From Planctomycetota bacterium (lineage in GTDB: Bacteria > Planctomycetota > GCA-002687715 > DRQF01), in NCBI GenBank assembly GCA_027001995.1, contig JALTLO010000141.1, positions 65,336 to 129,335 of the forward strand: a stretch of DNA of 64,000 nt, written 5' to 3'. Positions within the stretch are counted from its first letter, which is position 1. Each line of letters starts with the position of its first letter. A program made the position numbers and the translations under genes. The notes under the pieces were generated by a model. That model had not been told where the DNA came from. It worked only from the letters and a program-made list of their open reading frames with translations, and ran no database searches. This document shows positions 40,166-49,608 of this stretch, one piece after another.

Positions 40166-41026
40166 ATGGCCGAAATCATCGACGGAAAAGCCATCGCGAA
40201 GGCCATTCGCCAAGGAGTTAAGTCCGGGGTTCACGAGCTCATTAGGCAATCTGGAGTGACCCCCAGCATTGTCGCCGTCGCTGTTGGCCATGATGATGCC
40301 AACGCTGCCTACACCCGCAGCCAGGGCAAGACCGCAGGAAGATTGGGCATCCAATATCGCTTGGACGAGCTGGCGGAAGATATCACCTTTGAAGGTCTGA
40401 GGGAGCATTTTGAAGCTCTCTTGGCTGATCCAACTCTCACCGGAATCATGCTTCAAATGCCTTTACCCAAGCATTTGGATCCATCCAAGTGCCGCGCGCT
40501 CATTCCCGTCGACCTCGACGTCGAAGCCATCACCGTCGAAGCAGCGGGTCAGGTCCTGCAAAACACTCACTTGGTTGCTCCCTGCACCGCAATGGCCGCT
40601 ATTCTTTGTTTAGAATCCGCGGTCCCTGAGGGTATCAGCGGCCTCAACGTTGCCATCGTCGGACGTAGTGCCATTGTTGGGCGCCCCTTGGCCATGCTGC
40701 TCTTGCACAAGAATGCCACGCCCACAATCTGCCACACCCGCACTCGAGATCTCAAAAAGACTTTGGCCCAGGCCGATGTGGTCATCGCCGCAGCAGGAAG
40801 AGCTGGGCTCATTTCTGGAGACATGATTGAAGAGGGCACGATTGCCATTGATGTGGGCACCAATTGGGTGGAGTCAGAAGGGCGCTTGGTGGGTGACATG
40901 ACGTTCGACCAAGTGGCAGAAAAAGCCGCAGCTATAACACCCGTCCCTGGAGGTGTGGGACCAGTGACAGTCGCCGTCCTCATGGACAACGCCCTGACTC
41001 TAGCCAAACGCAAGGCCGGTCTCTAA
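40166..41026 (+). CDS. folD: Methylenetetrahydrofolate dehydrogenase/cyclohydrolase
   Basis: MAEIIDGK, QMPLP, PCT, GRSAIVGRP, DVG and TPVPGGVGP; GAGGAG RBS. Confidence 0.93.
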   Translation: MAEIIDGKAIAKAIRQGVKSGVHELIRQSGVTPSIVAVAVGHDDANAAYTRSQGKTAGRLGIQYRLDELAEDITFEGLREHFEALLADPTLTGIMLQMPLPKHLDPSKCRALIPVDLDVEAITVEAAGQVLQNTHLVAPCTAMAAILCLESAVPEGISGLNVAIVGRSAIVGRPLAMLLLHKNATPTICHTRTRDLKKTLAQADVVIAAAGRAGLISGDMIEEGTIAIDVGTNWVESEGRLVGDMTFDQVAEKAAAITPVPGGVGPVTVAVLMDNALTLAKRKAGL

Positions 41027-41051
41027 CCCTTTGCTCATAGGTCAGGAGTGA

Positions 41052-42038
41052 TCAAAGCTGGCGTTCGAGGACGAAGCCAGCGATTTCCTTCACCACTGTG
41101 AAGTCTTTCGTGGGAAGCAAATCACGGAGAGGTTCCAAGCTGTCTTGCACGTATTGGCGGGCCAAAGCCAGAGCATGGTCGATCGATCCGTGAGTTACCA
41201 GAAGTTGGCGAATACCCAAAATCTCTTGGTCAGAGCAGTTGTCTTGGGCAACCAGACCTTCCACCGTTGCTTTTTCTTCCCCGTCCAACCGCGACAAGAG
41301 ATGAATGAGAGGCAATGTCATCTTGCCATTCTTAATATCAGTCCCCAGTGACTTGCCCACAACCTCTTCATCCCCCGTGAGATCAAGGCAATCATCAATG
41401 ACTTGAAAAGCCGTTCCCAGGCTCATGCCGAAGTCGCTGAATGCCTGAACGAGATTTTCTTGAGCACCACCCAAGAGAGCCGCCAATTCGCAACCGGCAG
41501 CATAAAGAGAAGCTGTCTTGCGCTCAATAATCTGCTTGTAGGTGGCAAAATCGACAGAGAAGTCGCCTGAGAGTTGATTCTGTTGGATTTCCCCTTCGCA
41601 GATCGTACTCACCGCTCCGGTCAACAAGTCAAGAGCACGCATATTGCCAATGGTTACAAGAAGACGAATGGCCCGGGCAAACATGATGTCGCCCAAAAGA
41701 ATGGCGTCTTTGTTGTTCCACCGTATATTGACGGATTCGTGATTGCGACGGATAGTAGCCCGATCAAGGACATCATCATGGACCAAAGTGGCCATGTGAA
41801 TCAACTCGACAACAGCCCCCAAACGAACATGCTTGTCCGTCGTCTCGCCGCACATCCCACCGATAATGAATACCAAAGCCGGGCGCAAGCGTTTACCAGA
41901 GTATTGCCCCGCATATTTCAGCATGTCATCGACGCAATCCACATCAGCGCTCAATATCTCACTGAGGAGCCTATCGAGGGATTCCATGTGCGGTTGCACC
42001 AAGCGGTAGCTTTGTTCGATTTCACCGGTCGTAGGCAT
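41052..42038 (-). CDS. Polyprenyl diphosphate synthase
   Basis: GKRLRP, HDDVLD..RR, KTA and FQVIDDCLD. Confidence 0.94.
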   Translation of the reverse strand: MPTTGEIEQSYRLVQPHMESLDRLLSEILSADVDCVDDMLKYAGQYSGKRLRPALVFIIGGMCGETTDKHVRLGAVVELIHMATLVHDDVLDRATIRRNHESVNIRWNNKDAILLGDIMFARAIRLLVTIGNMRALDLLTGAVSTICEGEIQQNQLSGDFSVDFATYKQIIERKTASLYAAGCELAALLGGAQENLVQAFSDFGMSLGTAFQVIDDCLDLTGDEEVVGKSLGTDIKNGKMTLPLIHLLSRLDGEEKATVEGLVAQDNCSDQEILGIRQLLVTHGSIDHALALARQYVQDSLEPLRDLLPTKDFTVVKEIAGFVLERQL

Positions 42039-42156
42039 GCGCCAGAAACCCTAATCACATAAGGACTTACGAGTCTGCAATCTTGTCGCTATTTGCGCAT
42101 CAGGATAACGATGCGCGACTTTCAAGTCAACGCGCTTTTGATGGGCCGCGAATCTC

Positions 42157-42774
42157 TCAACAAGGTTTCCTTCGTTCACTCAGAAACGCTTGGAACTCAC
42201 CCTGGGTGTTGACGTTATGAAAAGTGACTTTCTCCCCCGCCAGGTCTGTCCACGGTACATGGCGACCGGAGCCTTCTTCGAAAAGATCAACAATTCTCCT
42301 GAATCCACGATCCAGGGTTTTCTCCACCGCCGTTGCGACCCAATCCCGGCGCAAGGCTAAAGGCAGAATTTGATCCCGGGAAGTTGTTTTATACAGGCCA
42401 TAATCGTCATCTTCCCCCATGCTCCTTACCAGTCGATCAAGATCCTGGAAAGTCAGCCCAGGCATGTCGCAAGGAACCACAACAAGCCAGGGATCTTGGC
42501 AGGGGCCAATCATGGCCTCGATGCCCGCCAAAGGACCGGCATCTGGCAATCGATCCCCTAATCGTGGAAAAAGAGAAAGAGTTGGAGGAATTTGACGATC
42601 CTCTTGACCAACGGCAAGAAGGACGGCCTGTTGCTCACTCTTGCAGGAGGTCACAACATGTTCAATAAGAGTGGCGCTCCCCACTTGGAGTAGAGCCTTA
42701 TCCTGGCCCATACGACGGCTTCCACCCCCTAAGAGTACACCCAAGGTCCAATCAGCTTGGGCCATCGGGGACAT
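42157..42774 (-). CDS. mobA: Molybdenum cofactor guanylyltransferase
   Basis: LGGGSRRMGQDKA, GPLAGI, PCDMP and FHNVNT. Confidence 0.92.
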   Translation of the reverse strand: MSPMAQADWTLGVLLGGGSRRMGQDKALLQVGSATLIEHVVTSCKSEQQAVLLAVGQEDRQIPPTLSLFPRLGDRLPDAGPLAGIEAMIGPCQDPWLVVVPCDMPGLTFQDLDRLVRSMGEDDDYGLYKTTSRDQILPLALRRDWVATAVEKTLDRGFRRIVDLFEEGSGRHVPWTDLAGEKVTFHNVNTQGEFQAFLSERRKPC

Positions 42775-42970
42775 CCGAAGCAGTATGCCGGCGTCTCACG
42801 TCAATTTGAATAGAATCGCAATCTTCAAAACCTTTGAGGTTCTCAATCATGCCGTAAACAGCACCCCCAAGGATATCGTGAATAAAACCACGCAAGGGTA
42901 AGATTTGATCATCCAACCGTAGTTCAACCTCAAAGCGCGGTTCTTTGCTTGGCAAAGGCTCATCACTCAT
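42752..42970 (-). CDS. Small protein resembling the MobB C-terminal extension domain
   Basis: VELRLDDQILPLRGFIHDILGGAVYGMIENLKG; overlaps both tatA and mobA. Confidence 0.6.
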   Translation of the reverse strand: MSDEPLPSKEPRFEVELRLDDQILPLRGFIHDILGGAVYGMIENLKGFEDCDSIQIDVRRRHTASDVPDGPS

Positions 42971-43206
42971 GAGTTACCGCCATCGCCAGGAAGTTTACCC
43001 TTATCGTCCTTGCTGGGAGGCAGTTGGGCCTCATCATCCTCCCCCTTGATGCCCTTTTTGAACTCGACAAAGGACTCGCCCAAGCTTCTCGCCAGCTTGG
43101 GCAATTTTGACCCGCCAAATAGCAAGATCATGATTCCACCGAGAATCACCCACTCGGACATGCCCAAGAATGCGAAGAATGGTGAAAAATTTGCTGCAAA
43201 GACCAC
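42967..43206 (-). CDS. tatA: Twin-arginine translocase TatA/E
   Basis: EW..LLFGGSKLPKLARSLGESFVEFKKG; GGAGG RBS. Confidence 0.92.
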   Translation of the reverse strand: MVFAANFSPFFAFLGMSEWVILGGIMILLFGGSKLPKLARSLGESFVEFKKGIKGEDDEAQLPPSKDDKGKLPGDGGNS

Positions 43207-43312
43207 GGGAGGTCCTCCACTGAGGTAAATCTGTGCTCATAGGATAGCAATCCCTGAGACTCATCCCACCTGCAATCATTCGACTTCTTGCCTCGGGCCC
43301 TGGGTCAATCCG

Positions 43313-44608
43313 CTAAATGCGCTGGATTTCCGCCCCCAAAGCCCGAAGACGTTCCTCAATCGCCACATAGCCCCGATCAATTTGCCCCACATTCTGAATT
43401 GTGCTCTCCCCCTTGGCGATCAAAGCGGCAATCAAAAGGGCCATACCTGCTCGAATGTCAGGACTGACGATGGTCGAGCCATGAAGCTGGGCTGGTCCGA
43501 CAACCACCGCCCTATGGGGATCACAGAGAACAATCTTGGCCCCCATGGCGCTCAAGCTATCGACGAAGAACATGCGGCTTTCGAAGAGCTTTTCGTGGAT
43601 AAGCACCGTTCCCCGGGCTTGGGTTGACAGCACCAAGGCAATGGAAATGAGGTCAGCGGGGAAACCAGGCCAGGGAGCATCGTCGATTTTGGGAATGGCA
43701 TCATGAATGTCGGTGACAATCTCCAGGTCTTGCCCTCCCGGAACCAGCAAATCATCGCCACTCCACTCCGTCGCCACTCCCAAACGGTTGAAAACCATGT
43801 TGATCATGCGCATATCATCCGCGCGCACATTCTTGATGAGAAGTTCACCGCCGGTAGCCGCGGCCAAAGCCATGAACGAACCGATCTCAATGTGGTCAGG
43901 GCCAATACGATGATGGCCTTGGGAGAGCTTTTCTACCCCATCGACTTCCAAGAGGTTGGTGCCTATGCCGCGAATATTCGCTCCCATGTTGTTGAGCAAG
44001 TTGCAAAGCCCTTGCACATGAGGTTCGCTGGCGGCATTGGCAATCCGTGTCCGGCCTTCAGCAAGAGCGGCCGCCATCACGGCATTCTCTGTTGCCATGA
44101 CGCTGGCTTCATCAAGAAAGACATCGCTTCCCTGAAAGCGGCCATCCAAACTCATATCATAACCATTTTCGTCCAAACGAATCTGAGCGCCAAGAGCTGT
44201 GAGAGCCAAAAGGTGGGTATCAACCCGACGTCGGCCAATCTTGTCGCCACCGGGGCGCGGCATACGAACCCTTCCCAACTTAGCCAACAAGGGGGCGCAG
44301 AAAAGAAACGATCCGCGGATGGTCTTGGCAACGGAGGGATGAGGGGCATCGCTACACAAACTTTGCGGGGAGATGGTCAAGGCCCCTGCCCCATTCCAAC
44401 TTACCCCCGCCCCTAAGCGCGAAGCGATCTCGATCATCACGCGCACATCGACGATGTCTGGGAGATTCTCAAGGACAACATCTTCTGTTGATAGGAGAGC
44501 CGCAGCTACCGCCGGAAGAGCTTCATTCTTGTTGCCAGAAGGAAAAAACGTACCAGCAATGGGGCGGCCACCCGTCACGCGAAATTCTTGTTTGTCAGTC
44601 GTTGCCAT
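43313..44608 (-). CDS. murA: UDP-N-acetylglucosamine 1-carboxyvinyltransferase (Cys-to-Asp type)
   Basis: [31 protein letters not shown] and PDIRAG. Confidence 0.96.
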   Translation of the reverse strand: MATTDKQEFRVTGGRPIAGTFFPSGNKNEALPAVAAALLSTEDVVLENLPDIVDVRVMIEIASRLGAGVSWNGAGALTISPQSLCSDAPHPSVAKTIRGSFLFCAPLLAKLGRVRMPRPGGDKIGRRRVDTHLLALTALGAQIRLDENGYDMSLDGRFQGSDVFLDEASVMATENAVMAAALAEGRTRIANAASEPHVQGLCNLLNNMGANIRGIGTNLLEVDGVEKLSQGHHRIGPDHIEIGSFMALAAATGGELLIKNVRADDMRMINMVFNRLGVATEWSGDDLLVPGGQDLEIVTDIHDAIPKIDDAPWPGFPADLISIALVLSTQARGTVLIHEKLFESRMFFVDSLSAMGAKIVLCDPHRAVVVGPAQLHGSTIVSPDIRAGMALLIAALIAKGESTIQNVGQIDRGYVAIEERLRALGAEIQRI

Positions 44609-44664
44609 AGTGAGGTCACCATAGCAGGAGGGAGGGCCAGCCAGTTTGGCTCACCACCACAAAC

Positions 44665-47600
44665 TCATCGGTTTGATGGGCCCATGGCGGTTGTAGGAAC
44701 ACCGCAGTAGCGTTTGTTGGCAAGAAGCCTCTCATGCTTCATGACCACGCTGTGATGAGAAACTGTGGTATGGGCCCCTACGTCAGCTCCATAAAGAAGA
44801 ACGGAACCATCGTGGGTCGTTGCCTGAGGCCCAACACGAACCCAATCCATCTTCAGGACACGGTCTTCAAAACTGTGGGCTTGAAAAAGTCCGTTCACGG
44901 TGGCGCCATCTTCCAAGATAATCATATCGGGGTCGACCACCTGGGCGAATCCCCCAGTCAAAATGACGTTGCGCCCGATGCGAACGCCCATGGCCCGAAG
45001 ATACCAATGGATGAAAGGAGTGCCCTCGAAGGTCGTCAGAATTCCTTGGGCCCAAGCCCCCCAAGTCACATAGAGAAAATCCCACCGGCTGCACCAGCTC
45101 GACCAGAACCCATGCTGCCCAGGTTTGACCCGTCCGAGAAGGGACCATTTTACCACTAAGACAGCGCAGCAATGCACCAAGCCTAAGGCCCCGGTGAAGA
45201 GTGGAATCCAAATGAAAGCCGCCTCTGCTATGCTCTCTCTCTTCAAGCACGCCAAGACCGCCATCAACCAAACCACGGAAGTTAGAAGAGAAAAAAGGGG
45301 GAGAGCAAAACGCAAAGACTCCCAGAACAATCGTTGGGCAAACAGAAAAAGCCCTGGTTCATGGGTGAGCGACCTGGGCATGTCGATCACCTCCCGCCGT
45401 GGCAATTCAAAGGCCGGATGCCCAAACCAAGAAGAAGCGACCTTCACACCCCTGTGGCTCTTGGTGCAGATTCCCAAGAGGATGTCTGGGGGTAAGGCAG
45501 CCCCGGATTCGACCACCCCATGATTGCCCAAAAAGGTGTTGCAACCCAACTTGGTCAATGCCAGTGTCACTCGCCCTTGTTGGATCCGTGGTCCTCCCAA
45601 ATAGATCCCATCAGCAAAGAAACTCTGTTCACCGATTTCGATAAGTTCAGGGACAACATCGATGATCGTGCTGACTTCTGAATTGCGCCCAATTTTCATC
45701 CCGGCCGCCCGTAACCACCATGGCCAAAACAAAGTACCACTGAGCCAACCGTTGGCCCTATTCACTGCCGCCGTTTTCGTCCAAACACGGATGTAATCCC
45801 AGGACCATCGGCTGATGCACCCCACAGGAATGGGCCCCAAGAGTCGGCAGTAGAGAGCCTGCATCAGAAGGCCAATTGGACCAGCAATCAACGCCGTCGT
45901 CACCAGGATGAGAATCAACGTAGGCGAGAGATGAGGTGCAGCAAGCCAAGAGAGCACTCTGTCAGACGAGATGGCATATCTATCCACGAAGAATAGGGAC
46001 AAGAGCAGAAAAGGCAGTGCAAAAACGAAACCAACACTCACCCCAAAAGCAATGCTCAGAATCCCGTGAATAAGAGGCGACATCTCCTGAGGGCGATCTA
46101 AGTCAGGGAGAGAGGGTGTAGACCGAAGCAATGTGGCAGGAACACCGTCCCACATTTCATCCTGCCCGACCCGACCGTTCTCCTCCACCACAGAAAGAGC
46201 TGTCAACCAGCCCCCCTCTTCCACCACGCCGAAACCGTTGACTCCAGCCCGGGTCTCAATCACCGCTTTTGCACCGACAACAACAGGCGCCACCACGATC
46301 TGCCCATCTTCATAGTCAATCAAGCGCAATGCCGCATCTTGTCCGATAGTTGCATCGTCTCCAATCTCAAGCAGGTCCCACCCCCCATGAAGCAAGTTGA
46401 CACCTCGATGAATATGAACACGCCGACCAATGGAAGCCCCAAGCAAACGCAGGGCCGTGTTTTGGAAAACCGTACCAGCGATCAAGCCCCATGGAAGGAC
46501 CTGAACAAACCGTTGCACCAACCAATTACGCAGATAGAAACTGCCATAGACCGGACGTCTCATGGCAACGTACTTGCCGATCAAAAGCCATTTCATGGCA
46601 ATGACAAAAGCAAAAGAAAAAGGAATCAAAAGGAGACCGAGGACGGACAGCACCAAGGGCAGCCCAATCAAAAGAGGAATGAGATCCACATGACTGAGCA
46701 CATAGGGCAAGACCCGATCGATGCCAAACCAAACCACCGGCCCAGACAAGAGCAAAGCAAAAAGTAAGATCACTCCCTGAATAATCCCAGCCCCCATGGG
46801 ACTTCGCCGAGGGGCTTCCGTCCTCTGTGTTTCCGAACTCTGAAAGTCCTCTTGTTCTTGTTGCTCAACTCGGTCCGCCAACCCGGCAATTGTTGGAGCC
46901 TGGTAGATGTCTCGAACGGCCAAGTGGCTGGTTTTTGGGTATGAGCGGAGGGCAGATATGACCATCGCTGCCTTCAGTGAGTCTCCCTCCAGGGAATCGA
47001 AGAAATTGGCCGTCGACGAGATCCCATCCTCTCGCCCGAGAACCTCCTTCATCGCCTCTTCAATCAGGCAAGGTATCTCACCTTCGCAAGGGCCAAAGGA
47101 AGCTGAAGTCGCCTCTTGACAAGAGATGCTAGGTAAGCTCTTGCGGTCCAGCTTACCGCCAACACTCTTGGGCAATTCACTCATGAAGTCAAAGCGGGAG
47201 GGAATCATATGAGTGGGCAAGTGAAGAGCTAGCTCATCGCGCAGAGCTCCCCCAGCGGGAAGCTTGTTCCCCTCCGGCACCAGCCATGCAACGAGCATGC
47301 TTGTGCCATTTTGTTTCTGAACTTTGCAGGCGGCTTCCCGAATGCCGGAACAACGGACGAGATGAGAATCCACTTCTTCAAGTTCGATCCGGTGACCACG
47401 AATCTTCACTTGGCTATCGACTCGCCCGAAGCAAGTGAACTGGCCGTTGGGCTCTTGAACAGCCAGATCTCCCGTGCGATAGATGCGCCCCAATTGAGGG
47501 TGCTTCGGGAAGCGAGAAGCTGTCTCTTCCGGAAGATTCAAGTAACCACGGGCTAAGCCTATGCCAGACAAACAAAGCTCCCCAGGATGACCTCTGCCAA

Positions 47601-48633
47601 GCACTTGGCCTTCTTCATCCAAGACAAATGCCTCAATGCCGGCTACAGGCTCCCCGATGGAAATCGGCTCATGCGGTTCGACGCGGCAGCGTAAAGATGT
47701 CACCGTACATTCTGTCGGGCCATAGCCATTTTCCAACCAGAAGGGTTCGCCCCATGTTGCGGCGATGGTGGCATCAAGGGGCTCTCCCCCCACATAGAGA
47801 AGTTTCATGTCTGGCAAGTGACGGCCAGGATCTGAGCATCCGCTGGCTCGCAATAATGTAGGAGGCGGACAAAAAACCGAAATGCGCTCTCTTCTGAGCC
47901 AATCGATCAAATCTGGACCCAGCCGCGTCGTCTCAGCATCAAGAACCACAACTGTGGCGCCCACGCTCAATGCCAGCCAAATTTCTTCCACCGAAGAATC
48001 ATAGGATGGAGAAGATCCTTGAGCCACCCGATCCCTTGGGGTCAAAGAAAACCGTTCCACATCCGTGGCCACAAGATTAGCAATAGAACCATGCTCAACC
48101 AGAACGCCCTTTGGCCTACCCGTGGTGCCAGAAGTGTAGATCACATAAGCCAAAGATTGAGGTCCTACCCAGGCCGGGAGCTCATGTGCTTCCTGCTGCA
48201 AGGGAGAGGCCAAGGTGTCTTCCATCACCACAACCTGCGTGGCGTCCGAGACCAAAGACCGAGCCCGATCAACATGGCTCGCCTCCGTCACCAAGACCTT
48301 TGCTTCGCAATCGGAAAGCATGAACGCCAACCGTTCATCCGGCAATGTTGGATCCAGACAGCAATAGGCACCCCCGGCGTACATCGCAGCGATCTGGCTG
48401 GGCAAGAGGTGAATCGAATCACGCCCCAGAAGAAGAGGAACAATACTCTCCCCGGCAAGAGTTAAAGCGAGCTCCCGCGCCAAAATTTTCGCCCGGCCGT
48501 CTAACTGGGCATAGGTCAATTGCAATCGCCTTGGCCGCCCCAAACCCGGAGGAATCTCTATCGCGATGGAAGAGCCATGCAACCGAACAGTCTCAGCAAA
48601 AAGTTGGGGGAGTATGAGGGGTTCCATGGTCAT
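44665..48633 (-). CDS. Pls/PosA-family membrane-bound single-module NRPS (A-T-TM/C1-C3; homopolyamide synthetase-like)
   Basis: A motifs YTSGTTGRPKG, YGPTE, YRTGD, QVKIRGHRIELEEV and GKLDR. T domain FFDSLEGDSL. Three TM pairs, each followed by an RxxGxxIG hexapeptide domain (RLLGASIG, RAAGMKIG, RAMGVRIG), and QAHSFEDRVLK. Confidence 0.93.
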   Translation of the reverse strand: MTMEPLILPQLFAETVRLHGSSIAIEIPPGLGRPRRLQLTYAQLDGRAKILARELALTLAGESIVPLLLGRDSIHLLPSQIAAMYAGGAYCCLDPTLPDERLAFMLSDCEAKVLVTEASHVDRARSLVSDATQVVVMEDTLASPLQQEAHELPAWVGPQSLAYVIYTSGTTGRPKGVLVEHGSIANLVATDVERFSLTPRDRVAQGSSPSYDSSVEEIWLALSVGATVVVLDAETTRLGPDLIDWLRRERISVFCPPPTLLRASGCSDPGRHLPDMKLLYVGGEPLDATIAATWGEPFWLENGYGPTECTVTSLRCRVEPHEPISIGEPVAGIEAFVLDEEGQVLGRGHPGELCLSGIGLARGYLNLPEETASRFPKHPQLGRIYRTGDLAVQEPNGQFTCFGRVDSQVKIRGHRIELEEVDSHLVRCSGIREAACKVQKQNGTSMLVAWLVPEGNKLPAGGALRDELALHLPTHMIPSRFDFMSELPKSVGGKLDRKSLPSISCQEATSASFGPCEGEIPCLIEEAMKEVLGREDGISSTANFFDSLEGDSLKAAMVISALRSYPKTSHLAVRDIYQAPTIAGLADRVEQQEQEDFQSSETQRTEAPRRSPMGAGIIQGVILLFALLLSGPVVWFGIDRVLPYVLSHVDLIPLLIGLPLVLSVLGLLLIPFSFAFVIAMKWLLIGKYVAMRRPVYGSFYLRNWLVQRFVQVLPWGLIAGTVFQNTALRLLGASIGRRVHIHRGVNLLHGGWDLLEIGDDATIGQDAALRLIDYEDGQIVVAPVVVGAKAVIETRAGVNGFGVVEEGGWLTALSVVEENGRVGQDEMWDGVPATLLRSTPSLPDLDRPQEMSPLIHGILSIAFGVSVGFVFALPFLLLSLFFVDRYAISSDRVLSWLAAPHLSPTLILILVTTALIAGPIGLLMQALYCRLLGPIPVGCISRWSWDYIRVWTKTAAVNRANGWLSGTLFWPWWLRAAGMKIGRNSEVSTIIDVVPELIEIGEQSFFADGIYLGGPRIQQGRVTLALTKLGCNTFLGNHGVVESGAALPPDILLGICTKSHRGVKVASSWFGHPAFELPRREVIDMPRSLTHEPGLFLFAQRLFWESLRFALPLFSLLTSVVWLMAVLACLKRESIAEAAFIWIPLFTGALGLVHCCAVLVVKWSLLGRVKPGQHGFWSSWCSRWDFLYVTWGAWAQGILTTFEGTPFIHWYLRAMGVRIGRNVILTGGFAQVVDPDMIILEDGATVNGLFQAHSFEDRVLKMDWVRVGPQATTHDGSVLLYGADVGAHTTVSHHSVVMKHERLLANKRYCGVPTTAMGPSNR

Positions 48634-48674
48634 TCCTGGGAAGCGTCCGGTCGTTCAGCCCTGGGCCCGATGGC

Positions 48675-49223
48675 TCACAGCGATACTTCTCTATCCTCAC
48701 CCCCCTCACAAGTTGGGTTGGCAAGAGAATTCAAACGCCGGAGATAGTCGGCCAAGATTGGTTCGCGCTGCACCCTTTGGGCATGGGAAAGATAACGAAA
48801 ACCTCGGACCACCTCACAGCAATTCAGAGCTTTGCAACTGCAATGAAAGGGTGTTGCTAACTGGAACTCCGTGGAATTGTAGTCAAAAGTAATCTGCTCC
48901 CAAGCTTCGACATGCCTCAGAGCCACAAGCCTCTCACCACGAAAAGCGGCGTTAGGGTCGCAAGAATGATTGAGACAGCGCCAAGGATAGAGGTCAAGAG
49001 CCTCTTCCGTGGGGACACCAAGGGCTCCATCGACATGTTCATCGATTCCGATTTGTACAGAGTAGCGAGTTGCTTTGGCAACCCTCTCCCCCTTCAATCG
49101 AAGAATCTCATCGCCCTGGGACAGGTCTTGGGCTGCAACCAGACGAAAATGAAAATCGACTCTGATGACTGCCACGAGACCAGCCACCTGGGTCATGGAT
49201 TGATTCTCTTTGTACTCAGACAT
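48675..49223 (-). CDS. Small SET-domain N-methyltransferase with post-SET Cys motif
   Basis: LNHSCDPN, EQITFDY and post-SET FHCSC...C; AGGAAGG RBS. Confidence 0.92.
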   Translation of the reverse strand: MSEYKENQSMTQVAGLVAVIRVDFHFRLVAAQDLSQGDEILRLKGERVAKATRYSVQIGIDEHVDGALGVPTEEALDLYPWRCLNHSCDPNAAFRGERLVALRHVEAWEQITFDYNSTEFQLATPFHCSCKALNCCEVVRGFRYLSHAQRVQREPILADYLRRLNSLANPTCEGGEDREVSL

Positions 49224-49547
49224 ACGTACCTTCCTGTCAAGAAATAAACCCGGTCAGGCACGTACCGGTGACATACACTCTCCTACTCCATTCACTCCGA
49301 TGATGTTGGTGAAACATGACACAGAACTAAAAAAGCAGGCCGAGTGAATAACCCGCTTAGCCAACTTGTGTTCCGAAGAATTATTTTTTTGCCGCGGTCT
49401 TTCAAGTCGAGTCCTCAATGGAGGACTAAGCGAAAAAGATCCTTTTGAAATGCCCCGCCACCAAACCCCGAGATGTGACCATAGAAGGATTCCACATGAA
49501 CCCATCTTTATGGGTTCATGAATAGATCAAACTTGCAGGATAGATGA

Positions 49548-49581
49548 GAACGGTGGCACGCAAATCGGCGTGCCACCGTTC
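49548..49581 (-). terminator. Strong hairpin downstream of the met operon
   Basis: GAACGGTGGCACGC-N6-GCGTGCCACCGTTC perfect 14-bp stem; U-tract weak. Confidence 0.6.
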
Positions 49582-49608
49582 CCAATCCGAATTCCGCAGA
49601 CTCCCTTC

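Noticed and set aside
49254..49284. Hexapeptide uORF MSPVRA with AGGAGA RBS upstream of the SET gene
   Set aside because: Too short and uninformative to distinguish from chance without conservation data.
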